NCBI GenBank assembly: GCA_963755125.1
Contig: CAVWIP010000011.1
Location: 1-64,000, forward strand
Source: an uncultured delta proteobacterium
GTDB taxonomy: Bacteria; Myxococcota_A; Polyangia; Fen-1088
Direction: 5' to 3'
DNA length: 64,000 nucleotides
The position numbers and the translations under genes were made by a program. Below the pieces are notes generated by a model, which did no database searches, had not been told where the DNA came from, and saw only the letters and a list, made by a program, of their open reading frames with translations. How positions within the stretch are numbered: the first letter of the stretch is position 1; the number at the start of each line of letters is the position of its first letter. Shown in pieces: positions 38,566-48,298 of this stretch.

Positions 38566-40785
38566 ATGGCCGAAAAAAGTCCACCCGACCAGGGGATTCG
38601 CCACTCGGCTGTCTACAGCTACCTGCGTCCTATCTTGATGGGCCGCCGTGTGTTGGAACTCGGCTGCGGCACAGGTGAGGGCACAGCTCACCTGGCGCGG
38701 CTTGGCGCGCGCAACGTCGTCGGGGCTGACGACTCGGGCGCAGTGGGCGAGGCACGCGCGCGCCAGAAGGAAAACACGGTCAGTTTTCTCATCATGACGG
38801 CCGCGGCGCTGGAGCAGGCCGGTCCATTCGATGTGGTGCTAATCCCCGAAGCCGCGGACATCCTGCTCGACCGCGGGCCCCTGGCGCTGCCAGCCGTGCT
38901 GAAGCTGGTGGCACCGGGTGGGCGCCTGGTTTGCGTGGTGCCCAACGGCGATCGAACCGACACCCCTGGGACGGGTGTTTCGTACTACGAAATCGTCGAC
39001 CGGCTGACTCCCCACTTTCCCAAGGTGCGCATGTTCGGTCAGACGCCGTTCGCGGCCTGGGGCATTGCGGAGTTCGACGAAGCCCCGGCCGAACTGCGCA
39101 TCGAGCCTGACCTGGCCCAGGCCGAGAACGAGGAGCCAAGCCACTACCTCGCTTTGTGCGGCCACGACGAGCCCTTGAGCCTCGGCTATGCCCTGGTTCA
39201 GATCCCGGCATGCGCGAGTGAAACTCGGGCGGGCGAGGCGCCCGCGTCTGAAATTCCGACCAAAGTCGAGGCGCCCGACGCGGCGCTGGCCGACTTGCGC
39301 CACAAGCTGGCCGAAGCCCAGGGCCAGGCAGAGGGCCTGGTGCGCGTGTCGCGCGCGCAGACTGAAGAGATCGAGGAGCTGCGCGGTCGCGTGCGGCGCA
39401 CGGCTGAGGCCCGCGCCGAGCTGGATGAGGAAGTGCAACGCTTGCGGCGGGCGTTGCTGGAAGCGGACGAGTCGGTGGTCAATCTGACCCGCAAGACCGC
39501 GGACGAGATGACGGTTCTGGCCCAGCGCCTGACCGCAGGGCTGCGGCCCAGCGAGCCGTTGCCTGCTGCCGGCCTGGCCGATGAACTCAAACGCCGCGAG
39601 GCTGAACTGGCCGAGCGCGAATCGGCGCTGTCGGAACGCGACGATCGCATCGCGGCGCTCGAAGCGGCCCGGCAGGAAGCGATCTGGCGCGCGGACGCCG
39701 CCGAGGACGATCTCGGCCGCCTGCGCACTCAGTTCGCTGAGCTTCGCCAAGCGCCGCCGCTGGCAAGCCCTGTCTCTGATGAGCTGCTGGCGACGCTGAA
39801 ATCGCGCGAGCAGGCGCTCGACGAGTTCCAGCGGGCCGCGGCCGCGCACCTCGACGAGGTGGGCCGGCTGCGCGACGCCCTCGCCGAGCAATCCAGCCTG
39901 GTGGCTGAACTGGAAGACGATCTAGCCGCGGCGGAGAAGCGGCTGGCTGACGCGCTGGACGAGGCGGCGCGGCTGCACCAGGCGCTCGCCGAGGTGGAGG
40001 AAGCCGATCGTCAGCGCCGCTCGCGGCTGGCGGAGCTCGAGGGCGTGATGCTGCGGATCGAGCACAGCGACGACGAACAGCCCAAGCGCCGCATCGCCGA
40101 TCTGGAAGCCGAGACAACCGACCTGCGCAACCGGATGGGCGAGGCGGAGCGCCGCCTGGCAGATTCGCTGCGCCTGCGCGACGACACCGAGCGAGCGCGC
40201 AAGCAGGCTGCCACGCGCGTCGAGGAGTTGGAGGGTGCATTGCAGGCGAGCGTCGCGCACGTGTCCGAACTGGATGATGAGTTGCAGGCGAGCGTCGCGC
40301 GCGTGTCCGGGTTGGAAGCCGCATTGCAGGCGAGCACCGCGCACGTGTCCGAGCTGAATAGCAAACTGCAAGCCGCGGAGGCGGTTTCGGCGTGTGCGGC
40401 CGAGTTCGAGGCCAAGCTCGCGATCGCCGAGACGGCGGCCGTGCAGATGAACGATCTCTTGCCTCGCCTGAAGGCGGCTGAGGCGGCGGCCGCGCGAACC
40501 CGGGACCTGGAAGCGCTACTGCGAGTCGCGGATTCCAAGATGGCCCGTCTGGCCGAGTTGGAAGCGCAGAGCAAGATCGCCGAGGAAGCCGCGGCCAGGC
40601 TGGCGGAATTGCGCGCCGAGGCTCCAGATCCCGAGGAGGTCTACGAGCGCCTGGTCTTCCTCGAAACCCAGCATGATGCGGCAACCCTCGCGGCGGCGCG
40701 CGTTCCCAGTCTGGAAGCAGAGTTGGCAGCGGCCAACGCCCGCATCGCGGAACTGCAGGCCAGCCTCGACGGCAATCCCCATTAA
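38566..40785 (+). CDS. SAM-dependent methyltransferase-like domain fused to a long coiled coil
   Basis: VLELGCGTGEG motif I; about 480 aa of heptad-rich sequence with three 14-aa repeats. Confidence 0.8.
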   Translation: MAEKSPPDQGIRHSAVYSYLRPILMGRRVLELGCGTGEGTAHLARLGARNVVGADDSGAVGEARARQKENTVSFLIMTAAALEQAGPFDVVLIPEAADILLDRGPLALPAVLKLVAPGGRLVCVVPNGDRTDTPGTGVSYYEIVDRLTPHFPKVRMFGQTPFAAWGIAEFDEAPAELRIEPDLAQAENEEPSHYLALCGHDEPLSLGYALVQIPACASETRAGEAPASEIPTKVEAPDAALADLRHKLAEAQGQAEGLVRVSRAQTEEIEELRGRVRRTAEARAELDEEVQRLRRALLEADESVVNLTRKTADEMTVLAQRLTAGLRPSEPLPAAGLADELKRREAELAERESALSERDDRIAALEAARQEAIWRADAAEDDLGRLRTQFAELRQAPPLASPVSDELLATLKSREQALDEFQRAAAAHLDEVGRLRDALAEQSSLVAELEDDLAAAEKRLADALDEAARLHQALAEVEEADRQRRSRLAELEGVMLRIEHSDDEQPKRRIADLEAETTDLRNRMGEAERRLADSLRLRDDTERARKQAATRVEELEGALQASVAHVSELDDELQASVARVSGLEAALQASTAHVSELNSKLQAAEAVSACAAEFEAKLAIAETAAVQMNDLLPRLKAAEAAAARTRDLEALLRVADSKMARLAELEAQSKIAEEAAARLAELRAEAPDPEEVYERLVFLETQHDAATLAAARVPSLEAELAAANARIAELQASLDGNPH

Positions 40786-40877
40786 CCCCGTGGGGTAAGC
40801 GTTGCCCACACACATCGACTGTGTGGCGCGAGAAAGCGCATGCTCGTCGGGCGCGGTCTGCTATCTTGAAATTGCGA

Positions 40878-41627
40878 ATGAGCGGGCCGACGGATTTGCT
40901 GCTGTTTGCGCATCTTTTGCGCCAGCCTGATCACGAGCTGGATCTCGAGAGCACGGCACTGCTGCTCTGCGAACCAGAGTACCCGGGTCTGGATATTCCG
41001 AGTTTCATCGCCAAGCTCGATGTGATGGGTGAGCTGGCGCGCATCCGCCTGGAAGTCGATCGTCGCTGCGGGCCTGCCCCGGCTGACCGCGTGCTGCCCA
41101 TCCTGCGGCTTCTCTACGGCGAGCTGGGCTTTCAGGGCAATGTGGCCGACTACTACGATCCCCGCAACAGCTTCCTCAACGAGGTCATCGATCGCCGCAG
41201 CGGCAATCCCCTGTCTCTGGCCATCGTGCTGATGGCGGTGTGCCGGCGCGCGGGCGTGGCCACCTTCGGCATCTCGTTTCCTGGCCATTTTCTCGTGGGC
41301 GCCCGGCGACGCGACGATTCCCTGGCGGTGGTGGACCCGTTTGACGGGCGCATGGTGAGGCGGGCCGAATTGCGCTCGCTCTACGAATCCGCTACCGGGG
41401 ATCCGAGCGACGTCGATGAGCGTTGTCTGGTTCCGGCAGCGCAGCGACAGATCCTGGTCCGCATGCTCAACAACCTGCGCGCCATCTACGAGGTGCGCGG
41501 CGATCAGCGGCGCCTGCGCTTCGTGCTCGAACGGATGTCGGTGCTCAACCCGTCGGAGGAGGTCAGAAGTCGCCTCAATGCCCTGGTCGCGGACGTGACC
41601 ATCGCGCCCCGGGTAAGCGTGAACTGA
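40878..41627 (+). CDS. SirB1/transglutaminase-like (Transglut_core2) protein
   Basis: GFQGN..DYYDPRNSFLNEV..G.P.SL, FPGHFLV, RMLNNL. Confidence 0.88.
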   Translation: MSGPTDLLLFAHLLRQPDHELDLESTALLLCEPEYPGLDIPSFIAKLDVMGELARIRLEVDRRCGPAPADRVLPILRLLYGELGFQGNVADYYDPRNSFLNEVIDRRSGNPLSLAIVLMAVCRRAGVATFGISFPGHFLVGARRRDDSLAVVDPFDGRMVRRAELRSLYESATGDPSDVDERCLVPAAQRQILVRMLNNLRAIYEVRGDQRRLRFVLERMSVLNPSEEVRSRLNALVADVTIAPRVSVN

Positions 41628-41691
41628 ACCGGTGCCAGTTGACTCCGGCACGGTGACGACCGACCGTTATGGGTAAGACGGTCGCTCTTTC

Positions 41692-43131
41692 ATGCGTTTC
41701 CCCTCGCTCCTGGCACTGTTCGCACTTCTGCCCTCGGTGGCGCAGGCACAGCCTCCGCTCGAAGGCATCGAGCCGTTGGGCGCCAACTCATCCGACGGGT
41801 TCACCCTGCGCTACACCATCGAACGCATCGAGGTCCGCGGCAGCCACAAGACCCGCACCGACCTGATCCTGCGCGAGGTCGCTCTTTCGCCCGGCGACAC
41901 GGTGACCGCCGACGATACGCGGGTCGAGCGCGCGCGCCTGCGCCTGCTGGCCCTGGGCTATTTTCTCGACGCCCGCTTGTTCATGATCAAGGGCGAGCGC
42001 CGAGGGGGCGCGGTGCTGGTCATCGAGGTGGAGGAACGCGGCACCATCATTCTCAACGCCGTCCACCTCGGCACCAGCGAAGCCACGACCTTGTGGGGCG
42101 GGTTGGACGTGAGCGAGCGCAATCTGCTCGGCCGCGGGCTGACCCTGGGCGCTGGCTTCGTCAGCTCGACCCGTCCCAAGGTCGACGGCGCGGAGCCAGC
42201 CCTGGCCTTTTCCCTGCGCATGGCCGGCCCGCCGCGCCTGCACGGCTTGCTGTTTTCGGGAAGTGCGCTCTTCTCCCAGGGCAGCGAATTCTTCCGCGCC
42301 CGCGGGGCGTCGGACCAGCCCGCCCCCGCCGACTTCGTCGCGTTGAACGTCAGGCGCGCCGGCGGCGTCGTGGGTGCTGGCACAGTCCTCTCGCGCACGG
42401 CCTATCTTCTGGCTGAAGGGCGTTTCGAGGCTGTGCGCGCCGATCTGCCCACTCTGCGCGAGCGCGACCTGGGGCAGGGCCAGAGTGAACCGATCGCGTT
42501 TCTGGCGCGCGAGGGATCGAGCCGGCTGGGCTCCCTCGCCTTGACGCTGGATCTGGATTCTCGCTCCGATCCAGTGTTGCCCCGCGCGGGCCAGCACCTG
42601 GTCGTGTCGCTGGAAGCGGCGACGCCCGCCTGTGGCTCACAGTACACCTTCGTCAAAGCAACCGCGCAGGGCTCGCTCTATTTCCCCTTGTCTGTGGGCC
42701 ATGTCTTTGCGGTGCACGGCCTGCTGGGCGGCGTGGTGGGAGACGCGCCGTATTTCGACCGTTTCTTCGTCGGCGATCTCAACCTGCTGCTGCCTCCGCG
42801 CGCTTATGGCATCAACTTCTCGACCCAGCCTTCGCCAAACCTTCTCGGCACCGGCGTGGCCGACCATCGTTATGACAAGCTGGCCGGCCGCCTGCTGCTG
42901 GAGTACGCGGTGCCCCTGTGGCATCGCCACGGCCTCTTCTACCGGGGCGACGCCTTTGCCGCCCTGGGCATCTTTGCCCTGACCAATCCCGATGATCTGC
43001 GCCAGCCGGGCGCCAGCCTGGGACAGCGCCTCCCGGCCGATCTCACCGCCGATCTGGGTCTGCGCCTGGACACGTACATCGGCATCTTCACCCTCTCGGT
43101 GGCCAACGCCCTTGGCCGGCTCCCCCTGTGA
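41692..43131 (+). CDS. Omp85 (BamA/TamA)-family outer membrane protein with a single POTRA domain
   Basis: IEVRG..KT..LILRE POTRA, VEER, ERNLLGRG, beta-barrel C-terminus. Confidence 0.8.
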   Translation: MRFPSLLALFALLPSVAQAQPPLEGIEPLGANSSDGFTLRYTIERIEVRGSHKTRTDLILREVALSPGDTVTADDTRVERARLRLLALGYFLDARLFMIKGERRGGAVLVIEVEERGTIILNAVHLGTSEATTLWGGLDVSERNLLGRGLTLGAGFVSSTRPKVDGAEPALAFSLRMAGPPRLHGLLFSGSALFSQGSEFFRARGASDQPAPADFVALNVRRAGGVVGAGTVLSRTAYLLAEGRFEAVRADLPTLRERDLGQGQSEPIAFLAREGSSRLGSLALTLDLDSRSDPVLPRAGQHLVVSLEAATPACGSQYTFVKATAQGSLYFPLSVGHVFAVHGLLGGVVGDAPYFDRFFVGDLNLLLPPRAYGINFSTQPSPNLLGTGVADHRYDKLAGRLLLEYAVPLWHRHGLFYRGDAFAALGIFALTNPDDLRQPGASLGQRLPADLTADLGLRLDTYIGIFTLSVANALGRLPL

Positions 43132-43784
43132 TGCGCTCGTCGGCAAGTCTAGTAGCGATCGCCACGCTGGCTCTGGCAGCCACGCAAGCCATGCCGGTTC
43201 GGGCGCAGGAGCCGGAAGAACGCAAGACCGGTATCACCCGGCGTGATGGGCGCCTGCTGGTCAGCCTGGGCCTGCAGGATCTGTTCAAAGCGCAGGACGT
43301 GCAGCACCTGCTGTCAGGCTTTACCAGCCGGGTGCTGGTGCGTGTGGCAGTCTTCCGCCCGGACAGCCCGGAGCCAGTGGCCCAGACCATGCGCCACACC
43401 GAGATCGTTTACGACCTTTGGGACGAGAAGTTCCGCGTGCGCCGCTTCGACGCCGGCGGCAAGGTCGAGACCCGTGAAGTGGCGACCGCAAGCGAGGCCG
43501 TCGATCTGGCCACCGCGCTGATGGCTCTTCCCGTGGCCACTCTCGACCGCATCGAGCCCGGGGCGACCTACCGGCTGAGTCTGCGCGCTGATCTCAACCC
43601 CATCTCGCAAGAGCTGCTCGCCGACGTGCGGCGCTGGCTGGCGCGACCCTCGCCGCGCAGTCGCATGGGATCGGGGGACAGCTTCTTTGGATCGTTCGTG
43701 AGCATCTTCGTCAACCCCCGCATCGACGAGAGCGAGCGCCAGCTTCGCCTGGTTTCGCAATCGTGGGTGGAGCCGCCCCGATGA
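43128..43784 (+). CDS. DUF4390-like exported protein
   Basis: Signal peptide; YDLWDE, LNPIS, SFFGSFVSIFVN; upstream of an NtrY-like kinase. Confidence 0.65.
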   Translation: MMRSSASLVAIATLALAATQAMPVRAQEPEERKTGITRRDGRLLVSLGLQDLFKAQDVQHLLSGFTSRVLVRVAVFRPDSPEPVAQTMRHTEIVYDLWDEKFRVRRFDAGGKVETREVATASEAVDLATALMALPVATLDRIEPGATYRLSLRADLNPISQELLADVRRWLARPSPRSRMGSGDSFFGSFVSIFVNPRIDESERQLRLVSQSWVEPPR

Positions 43785-45232
43785 GACTACCCGGGCGTTT
43801 CGAGTGGAAAGTCCTGGGCGCGATGCTGGCCGCGGCCTTGCTGGCGGTGGCCCTGTCAGCCTACGCCCTGTATTTCATGGTGCAGAGGTTCGCCGACTTC
43901 TCACTCGAACACGACGCGCGGATGGAGGGATCTTCGGCACGCGCTGCCGATGTGTTTCGCTCCTACTTCGCCGATCGCAAAGACGCGTTTCGTCGACGCG
44001 CGCATGCGATCGCGGCGGACGCGCCAGCCCGCATGGCTGATCTGGCGCGCACGGAAGGTCTGCTGCGTGCGCAACTCCTGGTGGGCACCGAGGTGGTCGA
44101 TGCCTGGGAGGCGCCAGCCGAGATGCTCAACCGCTCGCGCGAGGCGCCGCCCATCCTGGTCGCCCTGCCCGCGGCCCAGGGCGAACCGCCCCGCGCGCTA
44201 GAGCTGGTGTTCGGAATCCCGGCACAGATGTACCAGGACTTTCTCGCCCTACGTGCAGCCATTGAACAGGACCAGCAGATCCATCGCGCCTACAGCCTCT
44301 TGCTTCCACGCTTTCTGCACCAGTACCTGATTCTGGTTCTCGGCGTCCTGGCCGTGGCGCCTCTCGGGGGCTGGCTGGTCGCGCGGCGGGTGACCAAGCG
44401 GGTCGCGCGCCTACACAGGGCGGCGCGGGCAGTGGGGGCCGGCGATCTGTCGGTGCGGGTGGCCCCCAAGGGCAAGGACGAACTCGACGAACTGGGACGC
44501 GCCTTCGACCGCATGGTGTCCGAGTTGGCGCAGGCGCGCTCCCGCCTGGAATACCTGCAGAAGGTGTCAGCCTGGCAAGAGGTGGCACGCCGCCTGGCGC
44601 ATGAAATCAAAAACCCGCTCATGCCCATCCAACTCGCAGTGCAGGAGATCGCATCGAAGTACTCCGGCGACGATCCCTCATACCGGCGCCTGTTGGACAC
44701 GGCCACCGAGATCCTGCGCGAAGAGATCACGGGCCTGCGCCGTCTGGTCGAAGATTTCTCGGCCTTTGCCAAGCTGCCCAAGGTGGAGCCGACACCTCTC
44801 GACTTGGTGCCGTTGGTCGAGGAGATCGTGCGCCTGCAACCCGAGTGGCAGTCCTCGGTCACGGTGCAAGCCACGGGATCGGTGTCCGCACCCTGCGACA
44901 AGGTGCTTTTCCGGCGCGTGATCGCCAACCTGGTCGAGAACGCCTTGCAAGCAGCCAGCGGGGCCGGCCGGGAGCCCCAGGTGGTCATCCGCGTCGAGCG
45001 ACGGCCGGAGCGCGAACGTGCCGCCATCGTGGTCGACGACAACGGTCCTGGTGTTCCCGAGGCCGAGCGCCAGCGGGTGTTCGATCCCTACGTCACCTTC
45101 CGGCCGGGCGGCACCGGCCTGGGCCTGGCCATCGTACGCAAGATCGCGATCGACCACGGCGGCGATGTGTCCGCAGGCGAGGCGCCCGCGCCCCTGGGCG
45201 GCGCGCGTTTTGTGGTTGAGTTGCCCTGCTGA
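43781..45232 (+). CDS. HAMP sensor histidine kinase (NtrY-like)
   Basis: AWQEVARRLAHEIKNPL H-box, NLVENA, DNGPG, GTGLGL. Confidence 0.93.
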   Translation: MRLPGRFEWKVLGAMLAAALLAVALSAYALYFMVQRFADFSLEHDARMEGSSARAADVFRSYFADRKDAFRRRAHAIAADAPARMADLARTEGLLRAQLLVGTEVVDAWEAPAEMLNRSREAPPILVALPAAQGEPPRALELVFGIPAQMYQDFLALRAAIEQDQQIHRAYSLLLPRFLHQYLILVLGVLAVAPLGGWLVARRVTKRVARLHRAARAVGAGDLSVRVAPKGKDELDELGRAFDRMVSELAQARSRLEYLQKVSAWQEVARRLAHEIKNPLMPIQLAVQEIASKYSGDDPSYRRLLDTATEILREEITGLRRLVEDFSAFAKLPKVEPTPLDLVPLVEEIVRLQPEWQSSVTVQATGSVSAPCDKVLFRRVIANLVENALQAASGAGREPQVVIRVERRPERERAAIVVDDNGPGVPEAERQRVFDPYVTFRPGGTGLGLAIVRKIAIDHGGDVSAGEAPAPLGGARFVVELPC

Positions 45233-45328
45233 CGCTGACATGGGAACCTTGGGAGGGTTCCCAACCCCTCCCGCGATGGTGCGCCGCCGGCGGAGCCGGC
45301 GGGCTCCCCACGCGATCGGACCGACGGG

Positions 45329-45547
45329 CTATGCGGCGGGTGAACGGGGGAGGAGGAGCTGGATGCGATCCTTGATCGCCAGCTTCTCCTTCTTGAGCCG
45401 AGCGCGTTCGGCCTGCTCCGCGGCGGTCAGCGACAGGTGGCGGTCGAGGGCCGCCAGCCTCGATTCCAGGTCCTTGTGTTGCTTCCGCAGTGCCTCCAGA
45501 TCCTCGACCGAGCCCATGTCGTCCATGCGGGTGGCGTTCTCCTCCAT
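45329..45547 (-). CDS. DUF465/YdcH-family small coiled-coil protein
   Basis: H..L..L..RLKKEKLAIKDRI. Confidence 0.8.
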   Translation of the reverse strand: MEENATRMDDMGSVEDLEALRKQHKDLESRLAALDRHLSLTAAEQAERARLKKEKLAIKDRIQLLLPRSPAA

Positions 45548-45681
45548 GCGACCCCCTTGCCGGTCATTGCCGGCTAAGATCTATTAGATTAGGTCGAACT
45601 GTTGCCACGGTCAAAGCCTGACGGAAGTTCTGGAAATCGGAGTGGCAGGATGCGCTGTGGGCGACCGCGCACGGGCGCGCT

Positions 45682-46674
45682 ATGGTTAACCCCATGCAGC
45701 GAAGAAAACTCGGACAGCTAGATGTCTCCGCGCTCGGGCTCGGGTGCATGGGGATGTCGGAATTCTATGGCCAGCGTGACGACGCTGAGTCCAGCGCCAC
45801 CATCCATCGCGCCATCGATCAAGGCGTCGATTTCATCGACACCGCGGACATGTATGGCCCCTTCGCCAACGAGGAATTGGTGGGCAGAGCGCTGACGGGA
45901 CGGCGCAACCAGGTCGTGCTGGCCACCAAGTTCGGCATCGTGCGCACAGACGATCCGCTGGTGCGGGGGATCAACGGACGACCCGAGTACGTCAAGACCT
46001 GCTGCGACGCCAGCCTGCGCCGCCTGAAGACCGACGTCATCGATCTTTACTACCAGCACCGGGTGGACCGGAACACGCCCATCGAAGAAACCGTGGGCGC
46101 CATGAGCGATCTGGTCCGCGCCGGAAAGGTCCGCTTTCTCGGGCTGTCCGAGGCAAGCCCGCAGACCCTGCGGCGGGCGCACAAGGTCCACCCCATCACG
46201 GCGTTACAGAGCGAGTATTCCCTGTGGACGCGCGATCCCGAGGACAGCGTGCTGACCACCTGCCGCGAGCTGGGCATCGGCTTCGTGGCCTACAGTCCAC
46301 TCGGACGTGGCTTTCTCACCGGCCGGATCGCGCGCTTCGAAGACCTGGACGTCAACGACTACCGCCGCCACTCGCCGCGCTTTCAGGGTGAGAATTTCGG
46401 CAAGAACATAGCGCTGGTTCGACATATCGAGACTGTGGCGCGCAACAAGGGCTGCTCGCCGGCCCAGCTTGCGCTGGCCTGGGTCCTGGCGCGCGGCCCC
46501 GACATCGTTCCCATCTTCGGCACCAAGCGGCGCTCGTACCTGGACGAGAATCTGGCGTCTCTGAAGATCGCGCTGTCGGCCGAGGATCTGGCCGAGATTG
46601 ATCGCATCGCGCCCAAGGGCGTGGCGGCCGGCACGCGCTATCCCGAGATCTTGATGCACGTTCTCGATGGATGA
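45682..46674 (+). CDS. Aldo/keto reductase
   Basis: [36 protein letters not shown]. Confidence 0.95.
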   Translation: MVNPMQRRKLGQLDVSALGLGCMGMSEFYGQRDDAESSATIHRAIDQGVDFIDTADMYGPFANEELVGRALTGRRNQVVLATKFGIVRTDDPLVRGINGRPEYVKTCCDASLRRLKTDVIDLYYQHRVDRNTPIEETVGAMSDLVRAGKVRFLGLSEASPQTLRRAHKVHPITALQSEYSLWTRDPEDSVLTTCRELGIGFVAYSPLGRGFLTGRIARFEDLDVNDYRRHSPRFQGENFGKNIALVRHIETVARNKGCSPAQLALAWVLARGPDIVPIFGTKRRSYLDENLASLKIALSAEDLAEIDRIAPKGVAAGTRYPEILMHVLDG

Positions 46675-47117
46675 AGGCAATGCGCGCCAAGCTGATCTGG
46701 AAGGAGAATCTGCAGTTCGCCGCCGAGGCTGACGGCCACACGGTGCTGATGGATGCCAAGCCGCCGGTCGGCCGGGGAACAGCCCAGACTCCGAAACAGC
46801 TTCTGCTCGCCGCCCTGTGCGGTTGCACGGCCATGGACGTGGCCTCGCTCCTGCGCAAGCAACGCCAGAAGGTGAAGAGCTTCGAGGTCACAGCCGAGGC
46901 CTCCATCCGGACGGGAAACCCCGCCGTGTTCACCGCAATCGATCTCTCGTTCCGCATCGAAGGTGCTGTGGATCCGGCGCTGGCCTCCGAAGCGACGAGG
47001 CTGTCGCAGACACGTTTCTGTGCTATCAGCGCGATGCTGAGCCGGGCCGTGCCCATCCGCTACGAGGTACTCGTCAATGGCGCGTCCGCCGGTCGCGGCG
47101 AGGCGCAGTTCGCGTAG
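46671..47117 (+). CDS. OsmC-family protein
   Basis: [19 protein letters not shown]. Confidence 0.88.
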   Translation: MKAMRAKLIWKENLQFAAEADGHTVLMDAKPPVGRGTAQTPKQLLLAALCGCTAMDVASLLRKQRQKVKSFEVTAEASIRTGNPAVFTAIDLSFRIEGAVDPALASEATRLSQTRFCAISAMLSRAVPIRYEVLVNGASAGRGEAQFA

Positions 47118-48202
47118 TGTCTCTCTTGGACATTCCGTCACCGATCGCTGGCCCGGCTTTCGCACGGGCATTGCTTGCCTGGTACGACCGAAAGAAGAGA
47201 GACTTGCCCTGGCGCCGCAAGCCCAACGCCTATCGCACCCTGGTGTCCGAGTTGATGCTCCAGCAGACCCTGGTGGCCACGGTGGTGCCATACTTCGAGC
47301 GCTTCATGGCACGCTTTCCGACCGCGCAGGCCCTGGCGGCTGCGCGCGAGGACGAAGTGCTGGCGCTCTGGTCCGGTCTCGGGTACTACAGCCGGGCGCG
47401 CCATCTGCACCACACGGCACGGCTGGTGGTCCATGAGTTGGGCGGAAAGCTGCCTTCGAACGAGGAGGATCTGTGGCAATTGCCCGGCGTTGGCGCATAC
47501 ACGGCCGCGGCGGTGGCGGCCATTGCGTTCTCGCGGCGCACCCTCCCGGTCGACGGCAATGCGGCGCGCGTGCTGGCGCGGCTCTTGGGCGAGCGTAGAT
47601 CCATTGACCGTCCGGCGGTGCGCGCGGGGCTGCGCTGGCAAGGACAGAAGCTCGTACCCGCACGTCGGCCAGGCGATTTCGCCCAGGCCATGATGGAACT
47701 GGGCGCGCTCTGTTGCCTGCCGCGCGAGCCGCGTTGTCGGCAATGTCCAGCGGCGCGGTTCTGTCGAGCACGTGCCGAGGGAGCGACGGGCAGCATTCCG
47801 CTGCGCGCGAAGCGGCCAGCCAAGCGCCACATTCACCTGGCCTGTGTCGCGGTCGAACGCCGGGGCCGGCTGCTGCTGGTGCGCCGGCCGGCCGGAACCC
47901 TGCTGGCCGGAACCTGGGTGCTGCCGCTGCAAGAAATGCGCGCGGGGGAGGCGGCTTGGCAAGCTGCGAGACGGGCACTTGCCCGTCTCGGCTTGCGCGC
48001 GGAAGGGTCGCCCAGGCCGGTCGGCAATCTCCGCCACGTCTTCACTCACCGCGATGCAATGGCCTCGGTGTTCCGCGTCCGCGCCCGGGGACGAGTCGAT
48101 AAATGCGACGCGCGCTGGGTGCGCGCCGATGAACTGGCTCTGCCGCTGTCGACCTTCGGGCGCAAGATGATCGCGATCGCCGAGGCTGCGTCCACGGTGT
48201 GA
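47117..48202 (+). CDS. mutY: A/G-specific adenine glycosylase
   Basis: RDLPWR, SELMLQQT, WSGLGYYSRAR, LPGVGAYTA, VDGN, C-x6-C-x2-C-x5-C cluster. Confidence 0.95.
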   Translation: MSLLDIPSPIAGPAFARALLAWYDRKKRDLPWRRKPNAYRTLVSELMLQQTLVATVVPYFERFMARFPTAQALAAAREDEVLALWSGLGYYSRARHLHHTARLVVHELGGKLPSNEEDLWQLPGVGAYTAAAVAAIAFSRRTLPVDGNAARVLARLLGERRSIDRPAVRAGLRWQGQKLVPARRPGDFAQAMMELGALCCLPREPRCRQCPAARFCRARAEGATGSIPLRAKRPAKRHIHLACVAVERRGRLLLVRRPAGTLLAGTWVLPLQEMRAGEAAWQAARRALARLGLRAEGSPRPVGNLRHVFTHRDAMASVFRVRARGRVDKCDARWVRADELALPLSTFGRKMIAIAEAASTV

Positions 48203-48298
48203 CGGTACGCACACTGATCCTGGGTGAGGAGGTGCTAACCTTGGAGCCTGGCGCCTGGTAACAGGTACGTTTTCTTGGTCAGAAAATGGAGGTCCAAA

